This document shows positions 36,900-49,100 of a DNA stretch of 64,000 nucleotides, piece after piece. Origin of the DNA: Mustelus asterias (Eukaryota); the NCBI RefSeq assembly GCF_964213995.1, contig NC_135812.1, positions 14,012,001 to 14,076,000 of the forward strand, in the 5' to 3' direction. The first letter of the stretch is position 1. Each line of letters begins with the position of its first letter. A model generated the notes under the pieces. That model was not told where the DNA came from. It made no database searches and saw only the letters and a program-made list of their open reading frames with translations. A program made the position numbers and the translations under genes.

Positions 36900-37700
36900 A
36901 CTCGAACCCAGCACCGAGTCACTGCTGCCTAGGATGGTCCGTGATGGTGAATTTACCACAGTCGGTGGGAAACAAGTCCAGGTCCAGGGCGAGCAGCTCC
37001 TCATCGCTCAGCTCCCGCTGCACCATCCCGGTGAGGTCCGTCCCCATCATCAACCCCCCCGTGACTTCCGGTCGATCATTGGAGTCCGTCCCCATCAGCC
37101 GTCTCCCCCACCCCACCCCACCCCCCCCCCCCCGGCGACTTCCGGCATAGGGGTTGGAGTCCGTCCCCATCAGCCGTCCCCCCGGCGACATCAGCGTTCA
37201 CGCTCAGAAATCCGTTCCGGATTAAAATCCCGCCGCACAAAAAAATGAATTCGCACATTCCAATGCCGATGGTCTCTCCTGGCTCCCACTCCCAACCCGC
37301 CCGCCGATATCATGAACCCAAAGACCTGGCAATGGGAAGCAAAAATAAACCCCGCATTTCGAAGCCTCCACCGAGGTAGTGGGTGGGGGGGGGGGGCGGG
37401 GGGTTCAGCCTCCGCACTGTCCGCGGATTGATACATGAATCAAGCTGAAGCGGGGATTCAGAAGACAAAACGGAGCCATTAGCGAAATGTGTTGGGGCGT
37501 GGTGAACTAATGCAATCACCAAGAGTCCCTGACAATTTTTATTTTTCAATCGGCCATCTCTTTCGTTTATCTTTTTGGGGGGAACTATGTTCTGAGGCGG
37601 ATGTGTCGCGGTCTGCGGAGGGGAGGGGAAGAGGCGTCTCCATGACAACGCGTCACTGGGAGGCCAAGGTGACTAAAAGGCAGCAGCATGAGGGAGCTGG
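36900..37700. promoter_or_regulatory. CpG-rich bidirectional promoter region EXO5/LIAT1
   Basis: High CpG content; ETS CCGGAAGT motifs at 37064-37071 and 37138-37145; X-box-like GTCTCCATGACAAC at 37636-37649; divergent genes. Confidence 0.7.
36957..37050 (-). CDS. EXO5: Exonuclease V exon 1 (MMGTDLTGMVQRELSDEELLALDLDLFPTDC); in-frame upstream ATGs at 37095, 37170, 37191
   Basis: G|GTAAAT donor phase 1; acidic LSDEELL motif like the EXO5 N-terminus; lies in a CpG-rich region. Confidence 0.7.
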
Positions 37701-38236
37701 AGGGGCAGAGCTTGTGGGGGGGCTGGAGACAGGGTATAATGGCTTAAAATATATATATATATAGAAAGGAAAATATAATTCAGGCTGGGAAAAGAATAAG
37801 AAAAAAAAGTAATAGATTAAAGAAGAGGCAATCGGGAATAACCATGGGGTACAAGATGGTCTGTCTGCTATAGGTGAGAGCAAATTGCTCCAAAGCACAC
37901 AGAGGATATATTATGTATGAATAGTACTCCATAACCTTAAAGAAATTAGGAGGAAAGACCACAGATCCGTATCCAGAGCAGTTAGAGGAGAAAAAGGCAT
38001 TGAAATTTGCCCAGCATTCCCTCCTTCGAAACCTGTTGTGGACTGCCCTGGAGAAGCAGCGACTCGCTGTGGGGTATTAGTGCATCCAAATATTCTTCTG
38101 AGTAATCCCTACCTTTGGGAAGACATTTACCATACTGTGAAAATGAAACCAAAGTATCAATTTTAAAGAAAAAGGAGGGAGGGGTGGGATTTATAAAAAT
38201 CGGATGGAAAAATTACAGGTTAAGAAAGGTTGATTA

Positions 38237-38414
38237 ATGATGGAGGACAAAACACCAGCCAGCAGACATAAGACAGCCTCGGCCCCAAATCTGACTGTTG
38301 GCTCAGCAGAAAAGAAGATAATTAAGAAAAAGAGAGGCAAGGAGAAGAAGAAATCCTCTAAGGTGGGAAGAAATTCTTCAAGTACGCCATCGACTTCAGA
38401 AGAGACTGTTTCGG
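38237..38414 (+). CDS. LIAT1: LIAT1 first coding exon (Lys-rich tract)
   Basis: KKIIKKKRGKEKKKSSK basic tract; TCGG|GTAGG phase-1 donor matches the next exon. Confidence 0.75.
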
Positions 38415-39689
38415 GTAGGGCAAATTTAAAATTTGTATCTGGATTATTAAAATCAAAACACGTGAAATATACACACTACAAGGTATACATAATCTTTAAA
38501 ACAGCCAACTACAGAAAGCTGCAACGCAAACAGATTGGTCTGTCAGCACCTGTGATTGAAGGAGACAACATTTTGGACTTGTGCACTTCTTTAGGAATGT
38601 AGTAGTCTATTATTGGCATCAGAAGGGAGGGAAACAATATTTTAAAAAACAGGCACCATACAGATGAAATTCTAATGCAGTGATCAGTTGGAAGTTATCT
38701 CATCTGGAAAGAAGCGTTAAAAAAAATTAAAGACATAAAGAACAGGTGAATAGCTCAGTGGTGGGAAGCCTAAAGAGAAAGGTAAGAAAATTGGAGAAAA
38801 ATTTGGAAAAGGTTTGGGATGAAACTAGTGGATCACCCAGCCCGAAACTCATATAGAACAGGTCACCAGGGAAGCTGCAGCCTCCCTACTCATCAGTGCT
38901 CTGATAATGGACCTGCATTCACCCAAAATACCAACTCATCTCCCATCCCATCAGGCACCAATCGACCCGCTACGTGCAAACACACTTGTTTAAGTTTTGT
39001 TTTCAATTTTGCTTTTACACACTACAAGGTATACATAATCTTTTTACACACTTTTCTTACTGTGTTTACCCCAGTCCAACGCTGGCATCTCCACATCACA
39101 TCCCTTTTGACATGGATGTGCAGCTTGGCAGGAGATCAAGAGTACTAGACCTCTCAAACATCTCCTGTGTTCCCCACCTTTTGAACACTATCGAATCCAT
39201 TTCCACCACTCGATCAGGTAGTATACCAATGTCGATTTTTTTCCTCAACTTCCATTTTTCCTGGTAACGTATGAATAGCCTAAACAGAAGCTCCACAGGG
39301 CACAGCTATGCTCTCCTGCTGGGGGAAGCCCTAGATCATAGAATCACGGAATAGTACAGCACAGAAGGAGATCTTCCTGCTCACTTAGCCTTTGCCAGCA
39401 AGGGCACGAGGGATGGGCAATAATTGCTGGCCAGCCAGCGACATCCATTGCTCTTTCAAAGAGCAATCCATTTAAACCCACTTCCCTGCTGTTTCTCCGC
39501 GACCAGGTTGTTTTTTTCTCCCAGTCTTTGTGCACATTAGAAGGGGTGACGCCCTCCTCCTCCCACACCATGTGTGCTGAAGCTTGATGGGCCCCTCATT
39601 TCGAGTCGAGATCCCGGGGCATAGGCGCTGGTGTGCACAACTTGCTACTTTGGAATTATAAATGAGAGTTGCAGAGTTATGGCAGACTA

Positions 39690-39838
39690 GCCCTGTTTGT
39701 GAACACAACTCCCACTCACCTGACGAAGGGGCAGTGCTCTGAAAGCTTGTGCTGCCAAAAAAACCTGTTGGACTTTAACCTGGTGTTGTGAGACTACTTA
39801 CTGTGTTTACCCCAGTCCAACGCTGGCATCTCCACATC
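39690..39838 (+). mobile_element. Penelope pLTR fragment with hammerhead
   Basis: Same family as 7062-7582; other short copies at 22940-23080, 28957-29024, 41669-41800, 61742-61880. Confidence 0.82.
39717..39751 (+). ncRNA. Minimal type I hammerhead ribozyme motif
   Basis: CAC-CUGACGA-A-GGGGC agu GCUCU-GAAA-GC-UU-GUG. Confidence 0.7.
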
Positions 39839-42596
39839 ACATCCCTTTTGACATGGATGTGCGGCTTGGCAGGAGATCAAGAACACTAGACCTCTCAAAC
39901 ATCTCCTGTGTTCCCCACCTTTTGAACACTATCGAATCCATTTCCACCCACTCGATCAGGTAGTATGTTCCCAATCCTAACCAGGCGTTGCATATAAAAT
40001 CCTTTTCCCTGCGTTGCCTCTGGTTCAATCACCTGTGCTGTGCCCTTTGGTTATCGTCCCTTCAGCCATTAGAAACAGTTTCTCTTTGTGTACTCTATCT
40101 GAACCTTTCATGAATTTTAATGCCTCTATCAAATCTTTTCTTCACTTTCTCAACTCCAAGGAGAACCATCCCAGTTTCTCCAATCTAACCACATAACTGC
40201 AATCCCTCATCTTCTGTAGCTCCTTGAAAGCCTTCGCACCTTTTGTAACCACAGGGGTGGCTGCAGTCAGCTTCCCAGTAAAGTTTGAATCAGATTTTCT
40301 GGCACTGCAGCAATCAGCCTACCTGAATTCTATATCACATTGCAAACACATGGATAACTGTAAATCCCATTACTTACTTGCATTAAGGTGCCAGGCAAAA
40401 TAATAATTCAAACTAGTTTCCAAACAGCTCCACGTTTGTTTATTTAAAGATAATATACCTCCCTGAGTACTGTACAGCTTTCCACAAAGAACTGGGATAA
40501 TGACAGTGAATCATAGAATCCCTACAGTGCAGGAGGAGGCCATTTGGCCCATTGAGTCTGCACCCACCACAATTCCACCCAGGCCCTATCCCCACAATCC
40601 CACATATTTACCCTGCTAGTCCCCCTGATACTAAGTGGCAATTTAGCACGGCCAATCCACCCAACCCGCACATCTTTGGACGGTGGGAGGAAACCAGAGC
40701 ACCTGGAGGAAACCCACACAGACACGAGGAGAACGTGTAAACTCCACACAGAGAGTGACCCAAGTTGGGAATTGAACCCGGGTCCCTGGCGTTGTGAGGC
40801 AGCAGTGCTAACCACTGTGCCACCGTGCCACACTTGAATGTGATATAAACTTATTCGTATTAGAACAAGTTTTCCCATTTTGGATGAGAGCTGGAATTTT
40901 GCTGTGAAAAGCCCCACACAACTCGGATTCATTCTGTTCAGTTCAAACTCCTTAACCAAATTTTAATCTCTTGTTACTGAATAATGAAAGCTGCATCACT
41001 CAGACAGCAAATAGGAATGCAGCCAAATTCTCATGAAAAGGATTATTTTACTGCAGTTTGAATGGATTCCAGTAGATGGCATCCTGTGACTACAAACTGT
41101 GTTACAAACTGTAACAAGAGCAAGAAATAGCATTCTGATGCCTGGGATAGAATTGCCTAATCCTGATGTAAATGCTGTGACATTCCCCTTACCATGTTAC
41201 AGAACAAATGGGGGAGGCAATGGCCTAGTCATATAATCACTAGACTGCTAATCTAGAAACTCAGCCAATGTTCTGAGGGCCCAGGTTTGAATCCCGCCAC
41301 GGCAGGTGGTGGAGTTTGAATTCAATTTTTAAAATCTGGAATTAAGAATCTACTGATGACCATGAAACCATTTTCGATTGTTGGAAAAACACATCTGTTC
41401 ACTGATGCCCTGTAGGGAAGGAAATCTGCCATCCTTACCTGGTCTGGCCAGCATGTGTCTCCAGAGCCACAGCAGTGTGGTTGACTCTTAACTGCCCTCT
41501 AAAATGGCCTAGCAAGCCACTCAAGGGCAACTAGGGATGAGCAATAAATGCTGGCCATCCAGTGATGCCCATGTCCCACGAATGAATAAAAAAAATAACA
41601 AATACATACCTGGAAATAATTTACAGAACCACAGGGTCTGTGTGGCATCACTGGCCATGTTTGTAAATAGTAAGAAGTCTCACAACACGCTGCTCCGAAA
41701 GCTTATGGTATTTGCTACCAAATAAACCTGTTGGACTTTAACCTGGTGTTGTGAGACTTCTTACTGTGTTCACCCCAGTCCAACACCGGCATCTCCACAT
41801 CATGTTTGTAAATGGCAGCCGATCCACAAGACCGAATTTTAACTTAATTTGTTCCCAATCTTATTTTATTATAATGTACACAAGTTAGCTGCATTATGTA
41901 CATTATGAATTCCAGCCTTGCACAGAAAATAATTACAATATCAGTCACCCCTGCAATTTTCTCATAGCGGTAAATTGGTGATTTAAGTAGGACAAATTGG
42001 GGACATGATCAGTTGCCGGTGAAGGAGGTGGAATTACCATTTTTCAGTACTTTATTTCAAACATTCTGGAGTGTCATTAGCAGATATCTCAAGAAGGTTG
42101 CTTGTTTACCTTCTCATCTGGATATGGAACAGATATTTTATAACCGGGAGAGAAATCAGGGGGTTGGTGGCAGTTAAAGAGTTAAAAATGACAGCACAAT
42201 AATGCAACCTCAGAAAATGCACTGTTAAGTATTTGAACAACGTGGAAAGATGCGGGTTTATCGAGGTCTTCCCCACATGCCTGTTCCCTGATCTCAGTGA
42301 GATGAGAGCCATGTACAAATTCACTGAGCAAAAGCTAACAAGTACAAAATGTTGAGTGGATATAACACTACATATCACAGTCATATATATGGAACAGTCT
42401 CCCGCCTGCCTGATGCAGAGCAAAATAAAGGGATAGTGACATTGCAATAAAACCCTCATTCTTTTAATGGTAACAAATTTTGACCCTAAAACCAACAGGG
42501 TTTCCTTAATCACAGTAATCTGAGTTGCTGGTACCTGCTTCTACTAACCCGCCTAACAAAATGACCAAACTCTTCAAATCTGCTGTCTCTTTATAA

Positions 42597-43082
<486 letters not shown>

Positions 43083-43631
43083 GTCCAAATTTCAAAGTTG
43101 CCTGAGCCAGAATCCCAGTCCATACTCTTTCAATCCCAGAATGTTCCTTGCAGTTATAAATCTACAAACATAAGCACGAAAGTGGTTTGAATTCCCCTCT
43201 CTAGATGGTTCCTTAAACGCTGTAAAAGAAAACCTTTAACCAACCAGGCCAATATGTTTTAAACCACATCTTTTTTATTGTTTCAGAATGTTGACCAGTG
43301 CACTTTTTAATAGTTTAAGACAATCTAGTTAGGCACTGGCACTCCAACATTCTGTAATCAAAAGATATTCCGATCTGAGTGAAGAAAAATATAAGGGATT
43401 TGAATTTGTGTGTGTTTCCTTTTTTGGGGGAAAATAACTGAGATCTTTGCATCTGAAATGGCTATATATTCCAGTCATCATCATATGGTAAAATACAATT
43501 GGCATTTAAACCTATAATTTCTCAGGGTAATGGTGTTTTTTTTCCATGCAAATTCAGACCAAACCATACTTGTTGAGGTGCTTGAACATGTTCTGTATGT
43601 GTAATTTATAACCCTTAGGAGGTCAAAGTAG

Positions 43632-44275
43632 ACCATAAGACATAGGAGCAGAATTAGGCCACTCGGCCCAACGAGTCTGCTCCGCCATTCAATTATGGCT
43701 GATATTTTTCTCATCCCCATTCTCCTGCCTTTTCCCCATAACCCCTGATCCCCTTATTAATCAAGAACCGCTCTATCTCTGTCTTAAAGACACTCAATGA
43801 CCTGGCCTCCAAAGCCTTCTGCTGCAAAGATTTCCACAGATTCACCACTCTCTGGCTGAAGAAATTCCTCTTCATCTCTGTTTTAAAGGATTGTCCCTTG
43901 AGTCTGAGGTTGTGCCCTCTGATTCTAGTTTTTCCTACAGGTGGAAACATGCTCTCCATGTCCACTCTATCCAGGCCTCGCAGTATCCTGTAAGTTTCAA
44001 TGAGATCCCCCCGTCATCCTTCTAAATTACAGACCCAGAGTCCTCAACCGTTCCTCATACGACAAGCTCTTCATTCCAGGGATCATTCTTGTAAACCTCC
44101 TCTGGACCCTTTCCAAGGCACATACTTCCTTAGATACGGGGCTCAAAACTGCTCACAATACTCCAAAATGGGGTCTGACCAGAGCATTATACAGCCTCAG
44201 AAGTACATCCCTGCTCTTGTATTCTAGCCCTCTCGACATGAATGCTGACATTGCATTTGCCTTCCTAACTGTCGA
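43632..44275 (-). mobile_element. CR1 3' fragment
   Basis: FFSQRVVNLW motif and tail. Confidence 0.9.
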
Positions 44276-45559
44276 CTGTCCATTTTCTGGCTATGAAGTT
44301 TTGCTGTCTGGTGAGTGCAAATGTAAAATGGTGAGAATTTGATTTTATGGTGGACTTTAAAGTGCGGTGACTCCTGCAATTTCTCTTAAATTGAGTGGGG
44401 GTGAGGGCGAGGTTCAGCAGTAGCTCCAGGACCACAGCAGTGAAAAATCATACGGTCGAGCCATCTCTGGCCACGCATCTTTATGTAGCCGTTCCAGGTA
44501 TCGCATTGGCAATACGCTGAACTGGGTCATCCTTCACTGCTCTCTCAGATAGCCCGTGATTGATTAAATGCGTGAAATTATGACCAATTTTATTAAGACA
44601 CTTTAGCAACTGAAAAATCCACCAGCTAGCGATGTGGACCCAAAGATGCAAAGGACTTATTCTGTGATGTTGTACTGACACACAGAGCATGTTTAACACA
44701 CCAAAAACACCATGTTGTGCTCTAGTGAGTTAAAGAGGATTGGAAAACGCAACTTTTCTTTTTAATCATGGTTAAGAACTGACTGCAAATTATGCGTGAT
44801 TTTGCTTAGGTGAGTGAAATAATGTTGTGCTCCCAGCAGGAATCGTTCAACTCATTGAAGATGCTGCCAGATTGCATATGCATTTCTTTTTTAGATTCAG
44901 TTTCACTCGTCTTTGCCAAATGCCCACATTCAAAATGCTTCCTCTATCGCCATCATACTTGAGAACGGGCTACAGGGTTTGGAGAGAAGACTGACACTAT
45001 TTTCAAATGTAAACATGTTTCATTTTTTTAAAAATCAGCATTGAAAAGATATTAAATTGTGTGCTAAAAATAAAATTGTCAATATCAACATTGCTATGTG
45101 TGCATTTAAACCTACCACAAATTTCAAATGATTGTACATTCATATTTATTTATGCAGATGTCTCTCTCTCAAATTACTTTTACTAGAAAATGCTATCAGC
45201 TGCGGGTGTTTTTAAACCATTCTTTACACCACAATTCCTGACTTTGTCAGATAATCAAAGACTCAATCTGTAGTTTCATTGCTCAGTTGGACTGGACTAT
45301 CATATGTTCTTCCCTCTGCAGACATGGCAGTGCCATTGATTCAGGCTGTAGCCTACATTTTAAAAACACGTGTGTGAGCTCTGCAACTAATTAAAGGATG
45401 CTATAAGATGATGGACCCCATTTCCCTGCTCACCCAAACTAACAGCACACCCCTTTTAACAAAAGAAAGCAAAGAAATTTCAAACTTATCCTCACCTTCA
45501 AAGGAAAGTGAAAGGGCATTATTTGTCTTGAAAGGGCTTTTTGTGTAGATACTGTATTG

Positions 45560-46130
45560 AATCTCATCCTATTTGACCCTCAGCTGAGCTTTCTTCCCAT
45601 ATCCTCTATTCCATCTTTATAAGATTGCCCATTTCTGCCTTGCCTTGGCTAATCAGCTGCTGAAACCCTCATTTTATTACTTTCAGACTTGATTATTGCA
45701 GCGCCCCCCTGGCTGGCCTTCCATCCTCCACAAAGTCTAGGTCATCCAAAACTCTCTTGTTAGAATTCTAATATGTGCCATAGAATTGTTAGAATTCTAA
45801 TATTCCACCCATTACCCTTGTGCTCACTGACCTACATTATCTTGTCGGTTCAGTAACTCTTCAACATTAACATTCTCATCCTCGATGGATTTTCCCCTCT
45901 CTTTCTCTGCAACCTCTTCCAGCCCTTCAATCATCCAAAAACTCTGCATTTCTCTAACGTTAGTTGCCCCGTGCATTTCCCTTTGCCACACAATTGACCA
46001 CTGTGCCTAGGCTCTGAGCTCTGGTAATTCTTTCCACCTTTCACCCCCTTTCGGACCTTCTTTAAGACTTACCTCTTTGACCTAATTTTTAGTCACCTGT
46101 CCATAACATTTCCTGCTTTGTCTCAGCGTC
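45560..46130 (+). mobile_element. Highly decayed L2-like fragment
   Basis: Residual similarity to the L2 ORF2 C-terminus (AAETLI..SRLDYC-like). Confidence 0.5.
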
Positions 46131-49100
46131 AATCACCTTTGAACATTTTCCCCACATCAAGTGTGTGATATAGACAGATGCTGCTATGTCGTCATTGGAT
46201 GATTGGACAGGCCAGCAAGAGGAGGCTCAATCCAAGTTCATAGAGTAAGTCAGGCTAGATCAGAAATCACCTTGATTAAGCTGAGAGAGCAAGATCTGTA
46301 ACTGCTCTATATGTAGCTGGTAGTTATTTAATTCTGCTTTCTTCTGATCAACTCCCTTAGGGTTCTCTTGCACACTCACTAACAACTAGCCTCAAAGAGA
46401 CATGAGTAGAAGCCCGTGACCAAGTTACTTACAATTGGCCATAGATTATGCAGAGTAGACATACACAGTTGGGAAAAAATGGGGAAAGAGTGCCCTACTG
46501 AACTGAGTATAACATGCATACATTTATATTTTATGACATTTTCACTCAAAACCTAGCTTGATAAAAGAGAAAACACGAATAATTGTGTTAGTGGAGAAGC
46601 AAATTATTGGCAGTGAATGAGTAAAAGGGATGGATTACCTCAACTGCAAGTATGGAGTGCTTCAAAGTACTACCAAAGGTTACATACGTATATAGTTTCA
46701 ACTACAATTTAACCAATTTTATTTGTTCTTTAGTGACACTGAAGCTTCAGAAAAAAGTGTCAAGGAGGTCATTAGCCTCATTCACAATGCAAGGCATCTA
46801 AGTCATCAAGAGAGACGAGGACTTTACAAAAGTGTACTCTTAGGGGAATCAGGTTCAGGTTTCTGAAGGAAACAGATAGTGCTCCAATTGGCAGTTTGTT
46901 CCAAATAAATAGGTTAGGGAGGATCAGGGTTGGATGAGGCCTGATCTAGATTAGATATCAGGTGATTCTTTTCCCAGAGAATGGCAAACCCCTGGCATCT
47001 CATGCAGTGCATGCTAATTGGCTGAATTACTTCAAGCAAGTCCTGTTTCTGATTGAAGCAGAGATCACCTGTCACAAAGAGTAGGTAGTTCAGGGCCAGA
47101 GTGATCTCCTGGACCAGTTTTCCCTGGTTGCTCTGCCCCACCACAAAAACGGCCCGGCTTTAACCTGGCCTTTTGCCTCGCCCAGGACGTTACGTGGTTT
47201 TTAAGTGTGGCAAGGGTTGTATTGTATAGTATTGCAAGGTATTGTAATTGTGAGGAATAGATCAGACGGACCCGGGGTTCTGTATTTCAGTCATTGTTCA
47301 TAGGTTTGTGTGGTCCCTTTAATCATAAAACAGAGCACGTGCAAAATTCTGCATTTTCTGTGAATTTATAGTTAGTGAACATGAATGTTGTCTCAAATAT
47401 GGGCGGAGATCAGTAACAAGACTCCATAATCAGAGGAAGATTATGTCCTGTTTTGAGTTACTGGCCAGTACCAGGGCTCCCCCTCCACAAAGAACTTTGC
47501 GCAGTGTGTGTGTGTACGTGCCTTCAATTTCCATAGTAATCTGTTACAGATAAATGAAAAGGCCATCGTTTACATAAGTACAAAGATGGCAGACATTATC
47601 CCTCAGATTTCAAATTAAATTTAGCCTTTTATCTTTTTGCGACTTTGTCCACAAATACACATTGACTTGAACCTTGTTTACAATAGCAAACTACATATTG
47701 ATCTCATTGCTTTATTGTAACAGTTTATGAAATGAGCCTCAGGAATTCTCTTTGCTGCTTCATTGTTTACAGAACTTATTGGACTGAATGTTAAATCATT
47801 AAAGGATTTTGAAAAGTTCTGTTTGGCTCTATTCTCTGATGCTAAAGTCCTTGCAGTCAACTAGTTAGTCTGCCCGAATGGAAGGTTCTGCAGCGTGCTG
47901 CAATTTCACTGGATTTCAACGAGGCAATACAAGACCAATCCTGTTTTACTGCAAGCGCTCCCAAGTCGATGTGGCTCAATGAAATGGTTGAAGCAGTGTC
48001 GTCGGGCCAGCTCAAAAGCAGGGGGTTGAGTGGCATTGCTAATGAAGTCAGAACTGTACCCGACCGACTAAACGCATGTTCAACTCAATTGGTATCCTTT
48101 TCTCACATTTCAGTCACTCATTTCCTCTCGCCCCTTTTGGATAGCAGCACTTTGTTGCTGACTTTGGGATAACGGGAGTGGTGGCAAGCTAGGTTTCTTA
48201 GCTTTAGTCCCTTTGCAGGCATCACTAAAGTCTGAGATTTCTATTGGCACAGCCAATATCTGGAATAGTCTGCACAGTGTTGCAGATCCCAGCCCACACT
48301 AACCACACTGTGGCACAGTTTATTATCAGTACACCACCCCAACAGACATCCATTTCATTAAAACGTACACCAAAGTCAATGGCAATTACTTGTTAATATA
48401 ACATTCCAGCACATTAATACATCAAAATGCAAACATCTACAGTGTAAGCCATTTTGTTTTTTTTATTCATAATTTACACCTTTTTCAAATCACAAAGTTC
48501 TCTTTGAAGAAATACAAAACTATTTTTAAAGCCTTTCATCCATCCATGTCAGGCCACACAATGTTCTGATATACAAGAGTAAAGCCGAGACAAATCACTG
48601 AACAAAGTATTATAGCAATAATGAGTTTTGAGGGGTAAATATCAGGAACATCTCACCTCCCAATACAATCTAAGAACAGGGCTGTAGTGTTTTAGATATA
48701 TAGTCAATTCCTTAACATTTAGGATTAAGTAAAAATGGAGTTTAAAAAATGCAGTAAGTCTTTACCAAGCCACTCAGCCTTTTTCTTAAATTCCTCTTGC
48801 TCTGGAATGCTATTCCTGGCACATGGCTTTCATGGTATTTGCACTTCAATCCAAACCTTAATACAATGAAGCCATTCTATAACTGTTCATTTAATGTTTG
48901 TAGACGGGGTGTGTAGCACACTTTCAAATCTCCACCTATAAAGTGCATCGGATTGGACTAAACTGGAGAAAAAGGACCGGCCATGATTCTTAGCAATTCC
49001 AAAGAGACAAGTGTGGATTATTGCATTATCATATTTACTCACTTTACATTCCCCTTCCACTTTGACCAGCGCACTGCAGCAAGATTAGGCCCATTCTCTG

